DNA of 64,000 nt. It comes from an uncultured Acidobacteriota bacterium. GTDB lineage: Bacteria > Acidobacteriota > Vicinamibacteria > Vicinamibacterales > UBA2999. Below, piece after piece: positions 51,099-60,913 of this stretch; positions within the stretch are counted from its first letter, which is position 1; every line of letters begins with the position of its first letter. Both the position numbers and the translations under genes were made by a program. A model generated the notes under the pieces. That model saw only the letters and a program-made list of their open reading frames with translations. It searched no databases and was not told the origin of the DNA. The stretch covers positions 449,802 to 513,801 of the forward strand of contig CAVYVZ010000010.1 in assembly GCA_963772065.1 (NCBI GenBank), given 5' to 3'.

Positions 51099-51111
51099 TG
51101 CCAGGCCTGAC

Positions 51112-52231
51112 TCAGATTCTGAGGACGTCGGGCGCGCTGAGGCCGCGCCCGCGAACGGTCATCGGGACGGACGGCCATTCGCCGGTCGACGTAATCAACT
51201 CGGTGCCATCTTCCGTCACCAGCGCCGTATCTTCAACCTTCGTCCCGGTAATGCTGGGATTCCAGGCAAACGCCTGCGGCGCCCGCACCTGCTCCTTGCT
51301 CGATGCATGCGCCACCCATTCACGCGATCGATACCCGATGGCACCGCCCTGGTGATGCTTCCGTTCCTCTCCAGGAAACCCCGCGCGCGCATACGCGGCG
51401 GCGGCGGCGGCGAAGAGGTCGGCGGCCGTCGCCCCGGGACGCGTGGCGTCCAGCAGCGCGCCGAATACGCCGCACGTCGCCCGCGTACGGTGCGCCAGGT
51501 CGGGATCGATCGAGCCCGCGTTGACGATGCGCGAGATGGAAACCGAAAGGCCGTGTCGCTGCGCGACCTGCGCGACCAGCACGGTGCGCCGCCACGCGAC
51601 GGTTGTCGGCACGGGATGGCGGAACCGCGCGAGCCGCTCGTCCGCGGCGACGAGCGCGACGATCGCGCGCGCACCGATGGACGCCGCCGCGTCGCTTGCG
51701 CGGCGCGCGATCTCCTGCTCCGAAAGACCGGGCTGCAGCGCACGGCAGGTGCGCTCGAACGCCTGCGCCAACCTCGCGGCCAAGCTGACGGTATCGATCC
51801 TGTTCGGCGGCCGTCAGCGGCGCGCGCAGCCGCGCGACGTCGACCACAGTGGTGCCAGGAATCGGCCAGTCGGCGCCCACGACCGCAGCGGCGCCGAGCA
51901 CCTGACGCGCCAGCCGTACCGGCGTATCGGGCGCCGCATGATCGTCGGCCCAGGGGTACTCGACCGGCGTGAAGGCAAAATCCGCCAGCTCCTCGCCGGC
52001 AAGACGAGGCATCTCTATCGCGTTCGCGAGGATGTGCACGCGGCCATCGGCGGCGACGAGAAGCGACCCCGCGCCGAGCTCGCGGCTGCCGTCGATCCGA
52101 TTGCTCCGCCCGCCGGTGAGCCAGGCGAAGTTGGCCTGTGTGGCGAGGAGTACTCCGGCGAGACCGGCCTCGTGACACAGACGGGCCAGGCGCTCTCGCT
52201 TTTGATCCAACTCGATCACGGCTTCATTCAA
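51112..52231 (-). pseudogene. M24-family peptidase (Xaa-Pro peptidase/creatinase-like) with one frame break
   Basis: The N-domain frame ends ...LTAAEQDRYRQLGRE. The catalytic domain continues in the next frame (LAQAFERTCRALQPGLSEQEI...HHQGGAIGY...). The junction lies at about 51768-51782, and deleting one base restores the frame. Confidence 0.8.
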
Positions 52232-52990
52232 TCACAAACGAGGGATCGCGAGGCCGCCGTCGACGTGGATCACGGAACCGGTGGCGTACGGGATCTGTCC
52301 TCCAAGCAGCGATGCGACGACGCGGCCGACGTCGTGCGGCTGCCCCCATCGCCCCTCTGGGACGAGACCGTCGGCGATGCGCCGGTCGTACATCTCGCGC
52401 ACGCCCGCGGTCATGTCGGTGGCAATGATGCCAGGGCGAACCTCGTACACTGGAATCCGCGCCGCGGCGAGGCGCAACGCGAACAGCTGGACGGCCATCG
52501 CGAGCCCCGCTTTGCTCACGCAGTAGTCCCCCCGATTCGAAGACGCGAGCTCGGCGGACACGGAGGTGACGAACACGATCGACCCGGCCGCACCGGCCGC
52601 CACGAGCCGCTGCGCGTACGCCTGCGTGAGAAAGTACGGACCCTGGAGATTGGTCCGGATCAGCTCTTCGAAGCTTTCCTCGGTCGCCTCGAGCAGGTCC
52701 GCGCGGACGCGGGGTGCGCGCCCTGCGTTGTTCACGAGTGCGCTCACCGTGCCGAAACGCTCGAACGCACGATCGAGCAGGCGCTCGCGATCGGCGGCAC
52801 TCGCCACATCGGCAGGCCAGTACTCGACGTCGGTGCCCGTCCTCTCGAGCTCGTCGAGAACCGGCTGCACCTCCTCGCGCGGGCGTACGCCGCAGAGCGC
52901 AAGCCGCCATCCGTCGGCCGCGAGCATCCGAGCAATACCGAGGCCGATCCCGCGCGTCCCGCCGGTCACGATCGCTGTCCGAGTGGTCAT
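52232..52990 (-). CDS. SDR-family oxidoreductase
   Basis: TGGTRGIGLGIA, NNAG and a Y..SKAG catalytic motif are present. GGAGGGAG lies upstream, and the start overlaps the upstream stop (ATGA). Confidence 0.9.
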   Translation of the reverse strand: MTTRTAIVTGGTRGIGLGIARMLAADGWRLALCGVRPREEVQPVLDELERTGTDVEYWPADVASAADRERLLDRAFERFGTVSALVNNAGRAPRVRADLLEATEESFEELIRTNLQGPYFLTQAYAQRLVAAGAAGSIVFVTSVSAELASSNRGDYCVSKAGLAMAVQLFALRLAAARIPVYEVRPGIIATDMTAGVREMYDRRIADGLVPEGRWGQPHDVGRVVASLLGGQIPYATGSVIHVDGGLAIPRL

Positions 52991-54381
52991 CTCCCTCCGA
53001 AGAAGGTCAGGTACGGGCCACCTTCGGCCAGCCGCTTCACAAAGAGCGCCGCCTCTCGCAAATGGTAGTCGCCCCACTGGCACGACTCACCGCGCGGAAT
53101 GCGTGACCCGGCCGGGACGTGATCCCACCCGTTCGGCCAGTGATACACCGCGTGCAGCAGCAGCCCGTGATGACCCGGGTCGGTGGAGAGATAGGGCTCG
53201 CCGCAGAGCGTCTCGAGAACCAGCAGGCCGGCCTGCTCGTAGCGCGTGCTGTCGCCGCCGCGCGACGACAAGAGGCGCCCAAGGCGCAGCAACCCCTGCG
53301 CCGCGATGGCCGCCGCGGAGCTGTCGACCGGCTCCCGATCGTTGAACGGATCCGATGCGCGGCCGCCCCAGTCGCCGAGCGCCGCGAGTCCCGGCGCGCC
53401 GGTGTCCCAATACGGGATTCCGTCGGCCGCTGCGGCTCGATCGATGTAGAAGTCGCACGTCGCGCGCGCGGCTTCGACCATCCACGCTTCGACGGCTGCC
53501 TTCCCGCCGACGTCGGCGAGTGCGGCGTCCTCACAGGTGCCAATGAACTCGAGCTCCTCGGCGAATCCGAGCATCGCCCACGCGAGGCCGCGCGTCCACG
53601 TCGAGAATGGGGAGTAGCCCTGCTGGCTGTTGGGTCCGCGATACGTGCCATTCGCCACGTTGAAGAGGCTCTCGTGCGCGCAGCGGCCGCGCACGTCGAA
53701 CGTATCGCGGCCGCGGCCGTAGTACACGTTGAAGTCGGCGGTCGCGCGCGCGTGCTGCACCAGGCGCACCAGCAGATTCACCGCCGCGTCCTGTTCTTCG
53801 ACGAGGCGGTGTCCGAGCAGATGAGAGAGCGCGAGGGCACGCAGCGAACGCATCGTGTCCACGAACAGCGAGTGGGCGCCGTTGAACGAATAGATGTACC
53901 CTCCGGGCGGCGCCTGCGACGAGCCTGATCGAGGGGTCCAGCGGCGCGCCTGAACGGCACCGCTCACCATCAGGGCCAGCTCGTAGAACCGCACCTCCCA
54001 TTCGCTCGCGTCGAATCGGCCTTCGTGCGCCAGGCGCCAGAGCGTGCCGTAGGTGCTGACGTTGTTGAACCCGTGATCGTGCACGCCCACGTGCGTCAGG
54101 TGGGGAGCCATCCGCTCGAGCGTGCGCGACCGGCCCAGATCGAGAAACGCGCGGTCGCCGTCTGCATCGAACTGCAGCAGCGCCGAGCCGAACTGGAACC
54201 CTTGGGTCCACTCGGTCCAGCCGCGCGACCGGTAGCGCCCCTCCACGGTGAACACGGGCGCCCCATCCTCCGCGCGCCACGTGTCCTCGAGCGCGCGGAT
54301 CTTCGACGCCGAGGCCGTGAACAGCCGCCCGATGCCGGGCAGCAGATCCTGCGGGGTGCGAGTGCGATCGATTCGAATCAT
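52987..54381 (-). CDS. Glycoside hydrolase family 88-like (unsaturated glucuronyl hydrolase type) protein
   Basis: It has an (alpha/alpha)6-type composition and an HDHGFNN motif resembling the GH88/GH105 HD.GF block. The family call is from memory. Confidence 0.6.
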   Translation of the reverse strand: MIRIDRTRTPQDLLPGIGRLFTASASKIRALEDTWRAEDGAPVFTVEGRYRSRGWTEWTQGFQFGSALLQFDADGDRAFLDLGRSRTLERMAPHLTHVGVHDHGFNNVSTYGTLWRLAHEGRFDASEWEVRFYELALMVSGAVQARRWTPRSGSSQAPPGGYIYSFNGAHSLFVDTMRSLRALALSHLLGHRLVEEQDAAVNLLVRLVQHARATADFNVYYGRGRDTFDVRGRCAHESLFNVANGTYRGPNSQQGYSPFSTWTRGLAWAMLGFAEELEFIGTCEDAALADVGGKAAVEAWMVEAARATCDFYIDRAAAADGIPYWDTGAPGLAALGDWGGRASDPFNDREPVDSSAAAIAAQGLLRLGRLLSSRGGDSTRYEQAGLLVLETLCGEPYLSTDPGHHGLLLHAVYHWPNGWDHVPAGSRIPRGESCQWGDYHLREAALFVKRLAEGGPYLTFFGGR

Positions 54382-54591
54382 CGCGATACGATTGCTTCTG
54401 CGTTCAGCGCGATGAGGTTGTGTGGGGCATACTGATACATGTGGTGTGACGAATGGCGCATGAACCTGACATCATCTTTCGGCGATGGCGAGCGGCTGAA
54501 TCGAACGCAGCCTCGCCGTTAACGGCTGGGCGGCTAAGCCCAGCAGGATATCAGTAGACCGGAACGGAATTTTGAACGTCACCGCCCGCAT

Positions 54592-54603
54592 ATCATATAT
54601 GAT
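54592..54603. promoter_or_regulatory. Perfect palindrome ATCATATATGAT 9 nt upstream of the apbE start
   Basis: This was read directly. It is AT-rich in a GC-rich context, contains -10-like hexamers (TATGAT), and no Shine-Dalgarno sequence lies between it and the ATG. Confidence 0.3.
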
Positions 54604-54612
54604 TGCCCGTTC

Positions 54613-55613
54613 ATGGCAGCCATCAGCCGGCGCGCGCTGCTGACACGAGTTTCCTCGACGCGCGCAGCGGACGACGAGTCCGAGCGGACCTGGCTGCGCG
54701 TCCATCGGACGGCGATGGCCTGCCGTGTCGAGGTCGTCGTGTGCGCCGCACAGCCGGACGCCCTCGTCGCGGCGCGGGCCGCGCTCGACGAAGCCGACCG
54801 GCTCGAGGCGATGCTCACCGTGTTCCGCGACACGAGCGCCCTCGTCGGCGTGAACCGCTTCGCCGCGCAGCGTCCGGTCGTGGTTCCTCGCGAGCTCTTC
54901 GAGCTGCTGCAGCGGAGTCTCGTCCTCCATCGCGAGACCGAGGGGGCGTTCGACATCTCGTCCACTCCGTTGAGCCGCTGCTGGGGCTTCCTGCGGCGCG
55001 CAGGGCGGCTGCCCCTTCCGGCGGAGATCGACTCGGCGCGCGCGTGCGTCGCGATGAATGCGATGGCGCTCGATGCATCCGAGGCGTCGGTGTTCTATCG
55101 GCATCCGAGCCTGGAGTTGAACCTCGGCGCGATCGGCAAGGGCTTCGTGCTCGATCGGATGGCATCTGGACTTCGCGACTCGGGAGTGCCCCACGCGCTC
55201 GTGTCGGCCGGACGCAGCAGCGTGATGGCCCTTGGCGGCGAGCGTCCGGGCTGGCGCGTCGATCTCCGTTCGCTGGTGCGAGACGAGATATTGGGGCGGC
55301 TCGTCCTGACGGAATGCGGCGCTCGGCACGAGCGGCGCGGGCGAGCAGTATTTCGAGGTGAACGGCGTGCGGTACGGCCACGTGCTCGACCCGCGCACCG
55401 GATGGCCCGCGTCCGGCGTACGCAGCGCGAGCGTCGTGGCGGCGAGCGCGCGCCGACGCCGACGCGCTGTCGACCGCCTTCCTCGTCGGGGGGCTCGATC
55501 TCGCCCGCCGCTACTGTGCGTCTCACCGCGACGTGCTGGCGATCGTCACGCCCGACATGGGGCCGCCGCAGGTGTTCGGCACGTATCGAGATGCATCGCT
55601 GGAGCTGGCATGA
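54613..55613 (+). pseudogene. apbE: FAD:protein FMN transferase (ApbE) with two frame breaks
   Basis: It has a Tat-like N-terminus (SRRALL). The sequence reads ...MACRVEVV...GAFDIS...LNLGAIGKGFVLD..., then [28 protein letters not shown] in frame +1 and [12 protein letters not shown]... in the next frame. The junctions lie at about 55314-55322 and 55446-55455. Confidence 0.85.
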
Positions 55614-56146
55614 AGATGGACCGCCGCGGGCTGACGCCCGCGCAACAGTCCGGTTTGATCCTGCTGCGAACCCTCATCGGCTGGCACTTTCTGTATGAGG
55701 GGTATGTGAAGCTGATTGGACCGATGTGGACGCGCGCCGGCGTCCCGATGCAGCCGTTTTCGTCGGCCGGCTACCTGAGGGGCGCCACAGGGCCCATGGC
55801 CGACCTCTTTCACTCGCTCGCGGCATCGCCCTGGGTCACGACGCTCGACCATCTCGTGGCCTGGACGCTGTTCGTGGCCGGCCTCTTCCTGTTACTCGGG
55901 CTGCTGACGCAGGTCGGGTGCGTGCTTGCGGGGGGCCTGCTCGCGTTATTCTACGTTTCGGCAATCCCGCTGTCGGGCGTGGCGGAGCCGCGCACCGAGG
56001 GAACGTACCTCATCGTCAACAAGAACCTCATCGAGCTGGCGGCGGTCCTCGTGCTGTTCACCTTCCGTACAGGACTGATCGCCGGGCTCGATCGGTTGTG
56101 GAACGCGCGCCGCACGCCGGCGCACCAGAACGAGGCAGCCGCATGA
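55610..56146 (+). CDS. DoxX-family membrane protein
   Basis: [18 protein letters not shown] is present, with four TM helices. The start overlaps the apbE stop (ATGA). Confidence 0.8.
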   Translation: MKMDRRGLTPAQQSGLILLRTLIGWHFLYEGYVKLIGPMWTRAGVPMQPFSSAGYLRGATGPMADLFHSLAASPWVTTLDHLVAWTLFVAGLFLLLGLLTQVGCVLAGGLLALFYVSAIPLSGVAEPRTEGTYLIVNKNLIELAAVLVLFTFRTGLIAGLDRLWNARRTPAHQNEAAA

Positions 56147-57456
56147 ACCTCACTCCCGAACAGGAAGCCCTCGGCCGTCGCAACTTCCTGAAGGTGCTCG
56201 CGGGAACGCCGGCGATTGCCGCGCTCGGCGCGGCAGCCGCGGCAAAGGGTCCGGTGCCGGGCGGCCCGGTGCGCGTCGGCTTCATCGGCGTGGGCGGCCA
56301 GGGCCGTGCGCTCCTCGACTCGGTGCAGGCGACGCACACCGACGTGCGCGCGCTCTGCGACATCAATCCTTCGTCGCTGACACGCGCCGATTCGGTGCTG
56401 GCGGACAACAAGCTGCCGCCGGCCCGCCACTACGCCGAGTGGAAGGAGATGCTCGAGAAGGAAGACATCGAGGCCGTGATTATCGGCGTGCCGCTCTGGG
56501 CGCACGCCGACATCACGGTGGGCTGCCTCGAGGCCGGCAAGCACGTGCTGTGCGAAAAGATGATGGCGTGGGATGTGGCCGGCTGCGAGCGGATGCGCGA
56601 TGCGGCCCGGCGAACGGGCAAAGTGCTGGAGATTGGGTATCAGCGCAACTACAACCCGATCTATCAATCCGCGTACGAAGGGGTTATTCGCGCCGGCGTG
56701 CTCGGCGACGTGTACTACGCGCGGCTCGCCTGGCACCGCAACGCGAACTGGCGCCGCAAAGCGGAACCGCCGTCGCCGGACTATGACCCGTCACGATGGG
56801 GTTATCCAACATTCGATCACCTGATCAACTGGCGGCTGTACCACAAATACTCGCAAGGCCTCATGGCGGAGCTCGCCAGCCACCAGATCAACATGACCAA
56901 CCTGTTCCTTGGTGCGGAGCCGGAGAACGTGCTCGGCGTCGGCGGCGTGTATCGGTTCAAGGACCGCGAAGTGCCCGACCACGTGTTCACCACGTTCGAG
57001 TACCCCGGCGGCCGCACGGCGACGTTCACGGCGATCGAGTCGAACGCATTCGACGACTACTACGAGATGTTCATGGGAACGAAGGGCACGCTGATCATCC
57101 GCCGCGAGCGTGATGCCCTGCTCTTCGAGGAGGGCGCACCGCGCGGCACCGGCATCGAGGTCGCCTCGCGCGGCGGCGCCCCGACTGCACAGTCGTCGGA
57201 AACGATCACCGGCGCCACCGCCGACCCGCTCGCGCCGGCGGCCGGAGCCGCGCCGGCCACGCCTGGCGCCGCGCAGCAAGCGCCCGCCACGCCGACGCAG
57301 CGCCGCATTCCAACCCGGCGGCAGATCGAGCGTTTCTGCGCGGCGATCCGCGTGGGCACGCCGCTCGGGTGCGGACCCGACCGGGCCATGGCCTCGGCGC
57401 GTGCCTGCATCCGCGCGAACGAAGTGATCGCGAAGTCGAAGGCGCAGACGACATGA
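56143..57456 (+). CDS. Tat-exported Gfo/Idh/MocA-family oxidoreductase
   Basis: It has a twin-arginine signal ([11 protein letters not shown]), a Rossmann motif ([10 protein letters not shown]) and the signature HVLCEKMMA. The start overlaps the doxX stop (ATGA). Confidence 0.9.
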   Translation: MNLTPEQEALGRRNFLKVLAGTPAIAALGAAAAAKGPVPGGPVRVGFIGVGGQGRALLDSVQATHTDVRALCDINPSSLTRADSVLADNKLPPARHYAEWKEMLEKEDIEAVIIGVPLWAHADITVGCLEAGKHVLCEKMMAWDVAGCERMRDAARRTGKVLEIGYQRNYNPIYQSAYEGVIRAGVLGDVYYARLAWHRNANWRRKAEPPSPDYDPSRWGYPTFDHLINWRLYHKYSQGLMAELASHQINMTNLFLGAEPENVLGVGGVYRFKDREVPDHVFTTFEYPGGRTATFTAIESNAFDDYYEMFMGTKGTLIIRRERDALLFEEGAPRGTGIEVASRGGAPTAQSSETITGATADPLAPAAGAAPATPGAAQQAPATPTQRRIPTRRQIERFCAAIRVGTPLGCGPDRAMASARACIRANEVIAKSKAQTT

Positions 57457-58214
57457 TTATCGAGGCTGGAGACACAAGGAGGTCAGGGAGATCAGGGAGG
57501 AGGAATGTTCTCCCCGATCTCCCTGATCTCCCTGCGACCTCCAACAAACCTCACGTCACGAAGCAGCAGTACGCGTACGCGTCGCTGCGTCACGCGATCC
57601 TCCGGTGCGAGCTCGGCCCCGGTGAGCGGCTGATCATCGACGATCTGGCGCGGCGTCTCGATACGAGCATCATCCCGGTGCGCGAGGCGATTCGTCTGCT
57701 CGAGTCGGAGGGTCTCGTCGTCAATATCGCGCACGTCGGCGCCACCGTGGCGCCGATCTCGCGCTCGTCGGTGACCGAGACGTTCACGTTGCTCGAGGGT
57801 CTTGAAAGCGTCTCGACACGGAGCGCGGCGCAGCGCGCCGAGCCGGCGGGAATCGCCACGCTCGAGGCGATCGTGGAAGCGATGGACGCCGCGCTCGTGC
57901 AGGGCCGCTACGATGAATGGGCCGCGCTGAACACGCGCTTCCACCTGGCGATGACGGCGCTCGCCGGCATGCCGATGCTGGAGCAGATGCTGCGGCGCGC
58001 CCTCGACCACTGGGAGCGGGTGCGGCGCTATTTCTTCACCGGCGTGCTCGCCCACCGCACGGAGCTGGCGCAGAGCGAGCACCGGATGATGCTGGCGCAG
58101 ATCAAGGCGCGCGATCTCGCCGAGCTCGAACGCACCGTGCGGCTGCACAACCAGGGCGCGCTGGCCGCATACGCCGAGTATCTCGATGCCCACCCGGAGG
58201 AGCCCACCCCGTGA
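57453..58214 (+). CDS. GntR-family transcriptional regulator (FCD-type C-domain)
   Basis: The wHTH is YAYASLRHAILRCELGPGERLIIDDLARRLDTSIIPVREAIRLLESEGLV. The only in-frame start is the ATG at 57453, so the first ~30 codons are encoded by the palindromic repeat at 57478-57542. Confidence 0.75.
   Translation: MIIEAGDTRRSGRSGRRNVLPDLPDLPATSNKPHVTKQQYAYASLRHAILRCELGPGERLIIDDLARRLDTSIIPVREAIRLLESEGLVVNIAHVGATVAPISRSSVTETFTLLEGLESVSTRSAAQRAEPAGIATLEAIVEAMDAALVQGRYDEWAALNTRFHLAMTALAGMPMLEQMLRRALDHWERVRRYFFTGVLAHRTELAQSEHRMMLAQIKARDLAELERTVRLHNQGALAAYAEYLDAHPEEPTP
57478..57542. repeat. ~65-bp near-perfect palindrome built from ATCAGGGAG 9-mers
   Basis: GGAGGTC AGGGAGATCAGGGAG ... CTCCCTGATCTCCCT GC GACCTCC gives 22 pairs with a 2-nt bulge. 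No T-run follows. Confidence 0.8.
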
Positions 58215-59683
58215 GCCAGTCCCCCTGGCCGAGGGTAGCCACGCTGAAAACAGCCGCCGCGTTTCGCGAGCACCTCGACAAGGCGGGCATCAACCTCGAA
58301 TTCGACGAACACCTGCAAACCGGGCCCGACTCCCCCCTCGCGCGATCGATGCGCGTCGGCGACGTCACCGTCGGCAACCGCTTCTCCATTCTCCCCATGG
58401 AAGGGTGGGACGGCACGTCTGACGGCGAGCCGAGCGACCTCACGACGCGCCGGTGGCGACACTTCGGGCTGAGCGGCGCGAAATTGATCTGGGGCGGCGA
58501 GGCGGTGGCGGTGCGGCCCGAGGCACGCGCCAACCCGAATCAGCTCGTCATCAACGGGCGCACGCAGGCGGCTCTGGCCGCGCTGCGGTCCGAGCTCGTG
58601 GCGGCGCACGTCGACGCATTCGGAACGCGCGCCGAACACGACCTGTTCATCGGGCTGCAGCTGACCCACTCCGGCCGCTTCGCGCGTCCGATCGAGAAAC
58701 ATGTGCCCGCTCCGCTCGCTGCGTATCGGCATCCGCTGCTCGACCGGCGCTTCCCCAACGGTCTGCACGTGTTGACGGACGGCGAGATCGACCGCATCGT
58801 GCTCGAGTTCATTCGTGCGGCGCGCCAGGCCTTCGACGCCGGCTACCAGTTCGTCGACGTGAAGCATTGTCATGGCTACTTCGCGCACGAGCTGCTCGGC
58901 GCGCACCATCGCCAGGGCAAATACGGCGGCACCCTCGAGAACCGCACGCGGTTCATGCGCGAGGTGATCGACGGCATTCGCGCCAACGTGCCCGGCCTCG
59001 GCGTCGGCGTACGTCTGTCGGTCTTCGACGTCGTGCCGTTCAGGAAGGACTCGCTCGGCCGCGGCGTGCCGGAAACATCGCCGGACGCCAACCGGCATGC
59101 GTTTGGTTTTCTCGAGCACGAGGACATCGATCACGCCCTCGAGGAGAGCCGGGCGATCCTGCGCATGCTCGAGGCGCGGGACGTGAAGTGGATCTGCGTC
59201 ACGGCCGGCAGTCCGTACTATTGCCCCCACGTGCAGCGGCCGGCGCTCTTCCCTCCTGCCGACGGATACGATCCACCCGAGGACCCCCTCCGCGGGGTCG
59301 CCCGGCAGATCGACGCAACGGCTCGACTGAAAGCGGCGTTTCCGAACTTGATATTCGTCGGCTCGGCGTACTGGTACTTGCAGGAATGGCTGCCACACGT
59401 GGGGCAGTACAACGTCCGCAATGGCCTGACCGACTTCGTCGGCCTCGGGCGCGTGGCGCTCTCGTATCCCGACCTGCCGGCCGATGTGCTTCGCGGCGCG
59501 CCGCTGCGCCGCAAGTCGATCTGCCGGACGTTCAGCGACTGCACCACGGGGCCGCGACTCGGCCTGGTGTCGGGATGCTTCCCACTCGATCCGTTCTACG
59601 CCGCGCATCCCGACGCCATCCGGCTGAAGGAGCTGAAGCAGGGGCCCGCCTCACCCGAGGCGCGGGCGGGTGTTCGCACGTGA
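58211..59683 (+). CDS. NADH:flavin oxidoreductase (Old Yellow Enzyme-like TIM barrel)
   Basis: ...NRFSILPMEGWDG...GAKLIWGGEAVAV...GLQLTHSGR...DVKHCHGYF.HE is present. The GTG start overlaps the GntR stop (GTGA). Confidence 0.8.
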   Translation: MSQSPWPRVATLKTAAAFREHLDKAGINLEFDEHLQTGPDSPLARSMRVGDVTVGNRFSILPMEGWDGTSDGEPSDLTTRRWRHFGLSGAKLIWGGEAVAVRPEARANPNQLVINGRTQAALAALRSELVAAHVDAFGTRAEHDLFIGLQLTHSGRFARPIEKHVPAPLAAYRHPLLDRRFPNGLHVLTDGEIDRIVLEFIRAARQAFDAGYQFVDVKHCHGYFAHELLGAHHRQGKYGGTLENRTRFMREVIDGIRANVPGLGVGVRLSVFDVVPFRKDSLGRGVPETSPDANRHAFGFLEHEDIDHALEESRAILRMLEARDVKWICVTAGSPYYCPHVQRPALFPPADGYDPPEDPLRGVARQIDATARLKAAFPNLIFVGSAYWYLQEWLPHVGQYNVRNGLTDFVGLGRVALSYPDLPADVLRGAPLRRKSICRTFSDCTTGPRLGLVSGCFPLDPFYAAHPDAIRLKELKQGPASPEARAGVRT

Positions 59684-60885
59684 AGCGCGATCAGGTTCTC
59701 GCCGTCCTCACTGGGTTCCTCGCGCTCTTCGCCATCGTCGGCTTTGCGTTGTACGGCTTGCCGCGGTTCTATCCATTCTGGGTGGAGGAGCTCGGGTGGA
59801 CGCGGCAGCAGGTGACCTCGGGCAACGCGTACAGCAAGATCGTCGTGGCCCTGGCGTTCGGCGCGCTGGCCGGACGCATGGTGGATGCGTGGGGACCGCG
59901 GCGGATCATGCTGGTCGGGATCGTCATCGCGGGAGGCGCGCTCATCGGCCTCTCGTATGTCCGGTCGCTGGCCGGCTTCTATTTCTTCTACGGCTTCAAC
60001 GCGCTCGGCTACGTCCTCGGCGGCCCGCTGCCGAACCAGGTGCTGCTGTCGCGATGGTTCGATCGTGCGCGCGGCAAGGCGATGGGCATCGCGTATCTCG
60101 GCATCGGCGTTGGAGGCGCGCTCGTTCCGCTGCTGGCCGGTGCGCTGACGGAAGCCTTCGACTGGCGCGGCGCGATCAGAGCGCTCGGCGTGCTGATGAT
60201 TATCGTCGCGCTGCCCGCTGCATGGTTCGTGCGCGAACCGGAGGCTTCCGCTCGAGCCGCCGCGACGGCGCCGCCGCTGAAGGGCGTGCTCTCGAGCCCC
60301 GCCTTCTACTTCCTGATGATCGGCAGCATGGCGTCGATCGGCGCGGTCGGCGGCACGATCCAGAACCTCGCGCTGTACCTCCGGCTCGATCGACAGCTCC
60401 CACAGGGCACGATCGACACCACGCTGTCGCTGATCCTTCTCGGGAGCCTCGTCGGGCGGATCACGATGGGGTGGCTGGCCGACCGGTGGCCCAAGAAGCG
60501 CGTCATGCTGCTCATCTACGTGATCGTGGCCGCGTCCATCCCGCCACTTTTCTATGCGTCGACGCCTGTAGGGCTCGGCGTCTGCGCCTTTGCCTTCGGC
60601 ATTGGCCTGGGAGGCGACTACATGATCATCCCGCTGATGGCGGCCGAGTTGTATGGCCTCGCAATCATGGGACGCGTGATGGGGGTCGTGCTCACCGCCG
60701 ACAGTGTGGCCGAAGCGATGGTGCCCATGGGGGTTGCGACCCTGCGCGACCAGACGGGGAGCTATACGACGGGATTCATGGTTCTCGTGGGCCTCGCGGC
60801 CGTAGGGGCGGCCGCCGTCGCGTTCCTCCCCTCCCGGCCGCAGGGGGTGGCGCAAACAAACGGCGTAACTGCTTCGCCGTCTTAA
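59680..60885 (+). CDS. MFS transporter
   Basis: It has twelve hydrophobic segments and an MFS loop motif (LSRWFDRARGKAMG). The GTG start overlaps the upstream stop (GTGA). Confidence 0.9.
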   Translation: MKRDQVLAVLTGFLALFAIVGFALYGLPRFYPFWVEELGWTRQQVTSGNAYSKIVVALAFGALAGRMVDAWGPRRIMLVGIVIAGGALIGLSYVRSLAGFYFFYGFNALGYVLGGPLPNQVLLSRWFDRARGKAMGIAYLGIGVGGALVPLLAGALTEAFDWRGAIRALGVLMIIVALPAAWFVREPEASARAAATAPPLKGVLSSPAFYFLMIGSMASIGAVGGTIQNLALYLRLDRQLPQGTIDTTLSLILLGSLVGRITMGWLADRWPKKRVMLLIYVIVAASIPPLFYASTPVGLGVCAFAFGIGLGGDYMIIPLMAAELYGLAIMGRVMGVVLTADSVAEAMVPMGVATLRDQTGSYTTGFMVLVGLAAVGAAAVAFLPSRPQGVAQTNGVTASPS

Positions 60886-60913
60886 CGGAACCGGACGTCC
60901 GTATAATCGGTCC

